This document shows, in pieces, positions 57,903 through 64,000 of a stretch of DNA of 64,000 nt. The notes beneath the pieces were generated by a model. That model saw nothing but the letters and a program-made list of their open reading frames with translations. It had not been told where the DNA came from and ran no database searches. The DNA is from Candidatus Gottesmanbacteria bacterium (GTDB lineage: Bacteria; Patescibacteriota; Microgenomatia; UBA10105; UBA927). The stretch is taken from positions 555,282 through 619,281 of the forward strand of contig JAHFKK010000001.1 of the NCBI GenBank assembly GCA_023245335.1. The letters are read 5' to 3'. Position numbers and translations under genes: made by a program. The number at the start of each line of letters is the position of its first letter. Position 1 is the first letter of the stretch.

Positions 57903-59054
57903 ATGAAGCATATCTTACGCCCTTTTTTCTTTGTAGGATATACGATTGCGGCAATCGCATTGGTTCTTTTTAGTTATACGCAGGTCGACCTCAACCTTAC
58001 GCTTTCGCGTTCAAGCATATATCAGACGGTCGAAAAGGAATTCCAACACGTCGGATATTACGAGCGTCCTCTCGCGACGGCGCTCTATGCAGGTGTTCTT
58101 TTGCTTCTCTTTGGCATGTACTCGATGCTACTTTCCGCGGTGCGAAAAAATGCACTGGGGCTCAAAGAGATTTGGACGCTTATTTTCATCGTTACCGGTA
58201 TCATCGTTTTTTCCTATCCCGCCGCGTTTTCTTATGATTTTTTCAACTACATGTTTACGGCCAAAACAGTACTTCTTTATCATCAGAATCCCTATGTGGT
58301 GACCCCGCTTCAGTTTGCGGGGATAGATCCGTGGACTAATTTCATGCGGTGGACGCATTTGACCACGGCCTACGCACCGCTATGGATCGGTATGACCCTT
58401 GTGCCATACCTACTAGGCTTTGGATATTTTCTCATTATCCTTTTTAACCTCAAGTTCATGGTAGCGGGATTTTTCCTTTTGACGGCGTGGGCGCTGTCGC
58501 GGTGTGTGGACAAACTCGATCACCCGCATGCGGCGCTGGCGCTCACTATTTTTGCTTTGAACCCCCTTATTCTCGTGGAATCGTTGGTCAGTGGTCATAA
58601 CGATGTGGTACTTACGGCGTTTGCCATGCTGGCGATACTCGCATACTTCACTAAAACCTATTGGTCCGCATGGCTTTGGCTGGCGTTTTCCGTTGCCGCG
58701 AAAACTATTACGCTCGTTCTTATCCCCGTCATGCTATTGAGGAGAAATACACGATGGATGCTGTGGGCCATAGTAGCCGGATTGGGATTGGTGCTTCTGA
58801 AACGTGAATTCCTACCCTGGTATTGGGTCTGGGTGATGCCGTTTATTGCTCTTTTGCCGAAAGAAACCAAACTTACACGGTTTGCGACAATTGTTTCCTT
58901 GGGACTCCTAGTAAGCTATGCGCCATATCTATACTTCGGCGACTATGGAGTAACGGAACAATTGTGGAAGACGTGGAGTATTTGGGCGGGTGTTGCTATC
59001 GGCGGGCTGTCATTCCTCATGCCCGCTAGCGTACCGCGAGCCCGAGGACGATAA
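57903..59054 (+). CDS. Polyprenol-phosphomannose-dependent mannosyltransferase-like GT-C (MptB-like)
   Basis: SYDFFNY, NPY, Y.P.W, NPL, GHND, PWY motifs. Confidence 0.8.
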   Translation: MKHILRPFFFVGYTIAAIALVLFSYTQVDLNLTLSRSSIYQTVEKEFQHVGYYERPLATALYAGVLLLLFGMYSMLLSAVRKNALGLKEIWTLIFIVTGIIVFSYPAAFSYDFFNYMFTAKTVLLYHQNPYVVTPLQFAGIDPWTNFMRWTHLTTAYAPLWIGMTLVPYLLGFGYFLIILFNLKFMVAGFFLLTAWALSRCVDKLDHPHAALALTIFALNPLILVESLVSGHNDVVLTAFAMLAILAYFTKTYWSAWLWLAFSVAAKTITLVLIPVMLLRRNTRWMLWAIVAGLGLVLLKREFLPWYWVWVMPFIALLPKETKLTRFATIVSLGLLVSYAPYLYFGDYGVTEQLWKTWSIWAGVAIGGLSFLMPASVPRARGR

Positions 59055-59349
59055 GGGCCTGGATGATGATGAGCCCCGCGTTTATGACGGTAATGGGTTT
59101 TTCGTGGTGAAGTAGGCCGTATGCAAACCAAAATACCGAGCCCGTAAGAAACCCTATCCAGGAGATAATCGATACGCCAGCGATGCTGGGAGAGGTCCAC
59201 ACGGCGATAAGCTGCGGGACGTTTACTGCGACGGAAATCGCCCCCATAAGGTACGCTGAGCTATCAATGAGACGTAAGATACCCGCGGTCTTTCCCGATC
59301 GTTTTGCGTGGCTATGATGATGGAATGCATGATGAAATCCCGTTTGCAT
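59026..59349 (-). CDS. SemiSWEET / PQ-loop family transporter with a His-rich N-terminus
   Basis: VPQ, GVS..SW, W..YG, P....N; three TMs. Confidence 0.82.
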   Translation of the reverse strand: MQTGFHHAFHHHSHAKRSGKTAGILRLIDSSAYLMGAISVAVNVPQLIAVWTSPSIAGVSIISWIGFLTGSVFWFAYGLLHHEKPITVINAGLIIIQALIVLGLAVR

Positions 59350-59417
59350 ATATCCAGTGTATCATACGCGAACACTTCTCTTTTTAAGATTTCACGCATT
59401 CTTGGTATAATTGAGAT

Positions 59418-60941
59418 ATGCCAGGAATTAGACGTCGATGGGCGTGGATTGTATTGGGCTTCGGGGTGCTTATTGTGGCGTATTTAGTCTCGCGACTGAC
59501 GAACCTGACACACTTGCCGATTTTTACGGATGAAGCGATCTATATCCGCTGGTCTCAGATCGGGACGCGCGATCCCAATTGGCGCTTCATATCTCTGACA
59601 GACGGAAAGCAGCCGATGTTTACGTGGATCATGATGATCCTTCTCCGCGTGTTAAAAAGTTTTGATCCGTTATTTGTCGGCCGCTTAACCTCGGTGCTTG
59701 CGGGATTAGGCACGATGATCGGCGTATGGGTACTCTCATGGGAACTGTTTCGGGATAAACGGGTGTCGTGGTTTACTGGTGTTTTGTATCTCGCTGTGCC
59801 GTTTACGCTCTGGTACGACCGTATGGCGATCTACGATTCGATGGTTTCCATGTTTGCTGTTTGGAATTTGTTTCTAGCAATCCTTCTCGTTCGGCGGTTG
59901 AGACTCGACGTTGCGCTCATTCTCGGCATGCTGCTGGGTGCAGGAATGCTCAATAAGAGTTCAGGATTATTTAGCCTATATCTTCTCCCGGTGACGCTTA
60001 TTCTTTTTGACTGGCGGGGAAATGACCGGTGGGTACGGTTTCTGCGATGGGCAGGGCTCGTCGTGATCGCCGCAGTATTATCTCAAGTCGTGTATAGCGT
60101 ATTGCGGTTGTCTCCTTTCTTTCACATCATCGCACAGAAAGACAATGTGTTTGTTTTCAGCCCCCGTGAATGGCTCAATCAGCCGTTTCGCTTCTTTGCC
60201 GGCAATCTGCGCGGCATGTCCGATTGGCTGAGGAGCTACCTCACCCTTCCGGTATTTGTCGCGGCACTCATACCTATATTTACCCGATGGGGGAAAGTCA
60301 GAGAACGGTGGCTGCTTTATTTCTGGTGGGCGTTGCCGTTTCTCGCTTTGGCAAACTTCGCCAAGATTCTGTACCCGCGGTTTATTCTTTTCATGGCGAT
60401 CCCTTTGATTGTTGTCGCGGGGCAGAGCTTTATGACGCTCTGGGATGCTGTGAAAAGACCGCTGGTGAGACTGGCACTCGTTCTTCTACTACTGACGCCG
60501 AGTGTGCTCGCTTCCTTTGTCATCGTGAACGACCCCATTAACGCTCCGATTCCTTTGTCTGACAGATATCAGTATATGGATGATTGGCCAGCCGGCGGCG
60601 GGGTACCGGAAGTGATCGCATATTTACGCGAGGAAGTGCAGCATGAGAAGGTCAATGTATACACAGAAGGGACGTTCGGACTTATGCCCTATGCGATAGA
60701 GATTTATCTTGTCGACAACCCTAATATCAAAATTAAAGGCATATGGCCTCTCCCCGAAATAATACCAGCCTCTATAAAGGCCGAAGCGCTCGTTCAGCCG
60801 ACATATCTTATCCTCAACGAGACGCAGGTGGCGCCTACAGGATGGCCGCTCAAACTTATCGGTGAATATCAGAAGGGTCGCCGTCTTGATCGAAAACTCC
60901 GATTCTACCGCGTGAGCGTTCCACTTGCTCAAGCTTTATGA
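59418..60941 (+). CDS. GT-C fold glycosyltransferase (family 39-like)
   Basis: PIFTDEAIY, DGKQP, GR..S, YDRMA..DS, PRF; multiple TMs. Confidence 0.85.
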   Translation: MPGIRRRWAWIVLGFGVLIVAYLVSRLTNLTHLPIFTDEAIYIRWSQIGTRDPNWRFISLTDGKQPMFTWIMMILLRVLKSFDPLFVGRLTSVLAGLGTMIGVWVLSWELFRDKRVSWFTGVLYLAVPFTLWYDRMAIYDSMVSMFAVWNLFLAILLVRRLRLDVALILGMLLGAGMLNKSSGLFSLYLLPVTLILFDWRGNDRWVRFLRWAGLVVIAAVLSQVVYSVLRLSPFFHIIAQKDNVFVFSPREWLNQPFRFFAGNLRGMSDWLRSYLTLPVFVAALIPIFTRWGKVRERWLLYFWWALPFLALANFAKILYPRFILFMAIPLIVVAGQSFMTLWDAVKRPLVRLALVLLLLTPSVLASFVIVNDPINAPIPLSDRYQYMDDWPAGGGVPEVIAYLREEVQHEKVNVYTEGTFGLMPYAIEIYLVDNPNIKIKGIWPLPEIIPASIKAEALVQPTYLILNETQVAPTGWPLKLIGEYQKGRRLDRKLRFYRVSVPLAQAL

Positions 60942-62470
60942 TGAAAAAACGAGCTGTATTTCCGTGGATATGGGTTCTTGGGGTTGTTGTAGCCTCATTT
61001 CTTATCCTTTGGCCACTTTTTCATGGGGGGTTCTACGTATCGGATGATGGGGAATGGATGGTTATACGGTTATCCGCGTTTTACCAGAGTTTGGTGTCAG
61101 GTCAGTTTCCGGTGAGGTTTTTGGGCCGACTGAATAATAGCTATGGATATCCGGTTGCCAATTTCCTTTATCCGGGGTTTTTATATTTCGGATCGTTCGT
61201 GCATCTTCTGACGGGATTTTCTTTTCCCGACAGCGTCAAGTTTATACTCGGCCTGTCGGTTGCCGGAAGTGCTATTTTTATCCTTTTTGCTTTACGGCGG
61301 CGGTTTAGCCAACTTGCGAGTTTCATGGGCTCTGTGAGTTTTTTGTATGCGCCCTATCTAGCATATGATTTGTATCACCGTGGCTCGGTAGGTGAGGTGT
61401 TGGCTCTCCTTCCGGCTTCTGCCCTCATGTTTGCGGTGTCAACGGGTGCCTATTGGCTCATCCCTCCTGGCGTCGCATTGCTTATTGTGGCGCACAATAC
61501 GACTGCATTACTATTCGGTGCCTCCTTTGTCGCGATTCTTTTCTCACAACCCCGCCCATTCCGATATGCCGCACACATGCTGCTCGGTGCGGGAGTCGCG
61601 GCCTTTTTTTGGGCCCCGGCACTATTTGAAAGTTCTCTGGTGCGGTTTGATTCGGTGACCGTATCAGATCCCGCACAGTATTTTGTTTCTCTTCAGCAAG
61701 CCATACTTTTAGGAATCCCGACCATTTTAAGCGTCGCGCTCGTTCTGAGTTTACGGAATAAGCGCCGTGCGTTTGATTCAATTCTTATTGTGCTTATAGG
61801 GATAAGCTACGTCATGGCGACTCCCATAAGCGCATTCCTTTGGAAATTACCAATCCTTGTCAAAATCGTACAGTTTCCATACAGATTTTTGACTATTCCC
61901 GTCATTCTCGGACCATGGGTTATCGCGCGGGCAATGGAGGGCTTTACCTCATGGAAGCGGAACCTTCTTCTCGTGGCGTTTGTCGTTCTTTGGATAGTGC
62001 CGGTTGTATTGCAAGAGCAATCCATTGCATTTGTGAATCGGCCCTTAGGGTACTACACCACGAACGAAGGGACCACGACCGTCGCAAATGAATATATGCC
62101 GCGATGGGTTTCTGAAATTCCGAAACAGCGCTCGCTCGCGATGGTTGACGTCGTCAGCGGTGACGTAAATCTGCCGACGCGGACGTTCCAGCAGGAAACG
62201 CTTAATGCGGCTGTGGAGGTCAAAGAAGCCGGCATTGTTCAAATAAACAAAATATATTACCCCGGGTGGGGAGTCACGATTGATGGGATAAGAGTACCGA
62301 TTGATTATCAGAATTCATTCGGTCTTATGCGTATATCAGTGCCACCTGGGATACATGAGATTCACGCGTCGTTTCGTGAGACACCGGAACGATTTATCGC
62401 GGACGTCGTGAGTGTCGTGAGCGCAATATGTTATCTGGTATTTATCCGAAGGTTGACAAAAAGCGCATGA
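60938..62470 (+). CDS. YfhO / PTPS-related multi-TM membrane protein (putative GT-C)
   Basis: DD, GQFPVR, YGYP..NF, RG..GE, QFPYRFL, YYPGW, G.H.I...F.ET. Confidence 0.8.
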   Translation: MMKKRAVFPWIWVLGVVVASFLILWPLFHGGFYVSDDGEWMVIRLSAFYQSLVSGQFPVRFLGRLNNSYGYPVANFLYPGFLYFGSFVHLLTGFSFPDSVKFILGLSVAGSAIFILFALRRRFSQLASFMGSVSFLYAPYLAYDLYHRGSVGEVLALLPASALMFAVSTGAYWLIPPGVALLIVAHNTTALLFGASFVAILFSQPRPFRYAAHMLLGAGVAAFFWAPALFESSLVRFDSVTVSDPAQYFVSLQQAILLGIPTILSVALVLSLRNKRRAFDSILIVLIGISYVMATPISAFLWKLPILVKIVQFPYRFLTIPVILGPWVIARAMEGFTSWKRNLLLVAFVVLWIVPVVLQEQSIAFVNRPLGYYTTNEGTTTVANEYMPRWVSEIPKQRSLAMVDVVSGDVNLPTRTFQQETLNAAVEVKEAGIVQINKIYYPGWGVTIDGIRVPIDYQNSFGLMRISVPPGIHEIHASFRETPERFIADVVSVVSAICYLVFIRRLTKSA

Positions 62471-64000
62471 AGAAGCTGTTGTCTTTATTGGCGGTATTTC
62501 TTCTTTCCTACTTTGCGGTGCGGCCGTTGCTGGCTCCCGGATATTTCCCTATGCATGACGATACGCAGGTGTCCCGCGTTATAGAGATGGGCAGGGCGCT
62601 CAAAGAAGGACAGTTTCCTGTTCGTTGGGTTGCCGATCTCGGTTACGGGTATGGATACCCGATTTTTAATTTTTATGCCCCGTTGCCCTATTATGTCGGA
62701 GGACTCTTTTATGCATTGGGAGTCCCCGCGCTCACCGCTACGAAAGTGATGTTCGGGATTGGAGTAATTCTGCCGTCGCTTCTTATGTACGCGGTATTGT
62801 ATCCCGTAGTGGGTGAATGGTCGGCCATAGCGGCATCGCTTCTGTATTTGTACGCGCCCTATCACGCGGTAGAGGTGTATGTGCGGGGTGCTGTCGGAGA
62901 ATATTGGATATTGTTGTTTTGGCCGCTTATTCTCTATGCGCTCCTTTGGAGTCACGATATAACCCGAAGGAAACGTGCGGTGACTCTCGGAACCATCGGA
63001 CTTGCCGGCAGTGTCATGTCCCATACGCTCATGGGGTATGTGACAATGTTATTTCTTTTTCTTGGTCTGGGTATTTGGTGGACGGTCCGTTTCTTTCGGA
63101 AAAGGGTTGATGCCGAAGAGTTACAGACCCACGTGCGTTGGTTTGTGTTGGGTTTAGGATTGTCGGCATTTTTTTGGTTGCCGGCGATAACAGAAATGCA
63201 GTACACCAACGTTGCGGCACAGGTCGGAAGTACGGCGAACTATCGTGATCATTTCGTTTGTCTCATACAGCTATGGAGTTCCGCGTGGGGGTTTGGTGGT
63301 TCTGCCCCCGGGTGCGCAAACGATGGATTATCTTTTATGCTGGGAAAGTTACATATAATTGCAGCCGCAATCGGTTTTTTGGGGTATATCCTCATCGGGA
63401 AGAAGTCCATAAGCAGGGTCTATGTGGTCGTGGCCCTCGTGGTTTCCGTCCTAGGAATAGTCTTCACGTTGCCGATATCAGGGCCGCTGTGGCATATGTT
63501 GCCTATGTTTTCTTATCTGCAGTATCCGTGGCGTTTTTTGTCGCTTGCGGCGTTTGGATTGTCCCTTCTCGGAGCGCTTGTCGTGGCATGTGTAGATGAT
63601 GCTCGGGGTAAGATTGCGGTCGCCGTGGTGATTGTTGTCGGCGTTATGGTTGTCAATGCGAAGTGGTTTATGCCCCAGTATCAGTACATAAAGGACAGCA
63701 GGTCGTTTGAGACGGCTGACGATATTGAGTGGCGAGCCTCCAAGATATCAGATGAATATCTCCCGGAAAATATTTCACGCCCGATGAACGCTTCAGAAGT
63801 TGTTTCTGCTACAATACGATCGGATCACCAGGTGACGGTGACGTCAGTCGTATCGACTGCTGTTGAGAAGCAATTGATCGTCGAATCGACCACGGCCGCG
63901 ACACTTACCATCAATACGGCGTCTTTCCCGGGATGGATATATCGTGTCAATGACAAAGAAGTTCATCCTGCGGTCATACACGGGTTGCCGCAATTGGATG
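62467..64000 (+). CDS. Second YfhO / PTPS-related membrane protein, truncated by the window end (absent from the ORF track)
   Basis: ATG 62467 reads MKKLLSLL...MHDDTQVSR...GQFPVRW..DLGYGYGYPIFNFYAPLPYY...QYPWRFL...DEYLP...FPGW. Confidence 0.85.
   Translation, partial: MKKLLSLLAVFLLSYFAVRPLLAPGYFPMHDDTQVSRVIEMGRALKEGQFPVRWVADLGYGYGYPIFNFYAPLPYYVGGLFYALGVPALTATKVMFGIGVILPSLLMYAVLYPVVGEWSAIAASLLYLYAPYHAVEVYVRGAVGEYWILLFWPLILYALLWSHDITRRKRAVTLGTIGLAGSVMSHTLMGYVTMLFLFLGLGIWWTVRFFRKRVDAEELQTHVRWFVLGLGLSAFFWLPAITEMQYTNVAAQVGSTANYRDHFVCLIQLWSSAWGFGGSAPGCANDGLSFMLGKLHIIAAAIGFLGYILIGKKSISRVYVVVALVVSVLGIVFTLPISGPLWHMLPMFSYLQYPWRFLSLAAFGLSLLGALVVACVDDARGKIAVAVVIVVGVMVVNAKWFMPQYQYIKDSRSFETADDIEWRASKISDEYLPENISRPMNASEVVSATIRSDHQVTVTSVVSTAVEKQLIVESTTAATLTINTASFPGWIYRVNDKEVHPAVIHGLPQLD

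Noticed and set aside
1-64000. Alternative genetic code (TGA as Gly or Trp)
   Set aside because: Conserved genes are intact under code 11, and TGA ends several genes at the expected positions (ferredoxin, zur, tsaB, ugd).

Overview
Gene-dense bacterial chromosome segment read with the standard code 11. Gene content and architecture suggest a Patescibacteria/CPR genome, probably Microgenomates (inference only): half-length TsaB, MacAB without TolC, many GT-C glycosyltransferases and pervasive -10 boxes about 6-9 nt upstream of start codons. In order it carries: ferredoxin and 2-oxoacid:ferredoxin oxidoreductase; CIRCE-controlled lon; a DEAD-box helicase, csp and obg; tRNA-Glu(CTC); greA-lysS-HD-rdgB-serS; secA-dsbA; a divergent M14 deacylase / PLP-enzyme pair; a P-type ATPase; MacAB-like ABC; msrB; ruvCAB; zur-znuACB; prfB; ftsEX plus a C39-like hydrolase; tsaE/C/B; and about 15 kb of nucleotide-sugar and glycosyltransferase genes. 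No CRISPR array, rRNA, integrase, transposase or reverse transcriptase was seen. Most notable observations: (1) a tandem copy of the last 28 codons plus stop of the ftsEX-linked hydrolase gene, recoded with 15 purely synonymous changes behind a 20-bp identical core, resembling an att/cassette scar; (2) a cleanly circularly permuted DsbA; (3) a LysRS fused to a DUF2000 (Pth2-like) domain, next to an HD hydrolase and a motif-altered RdgB; (4) several unannotated structured leaders. All protein-family calls come from motif recognition by eye, not from database searches.
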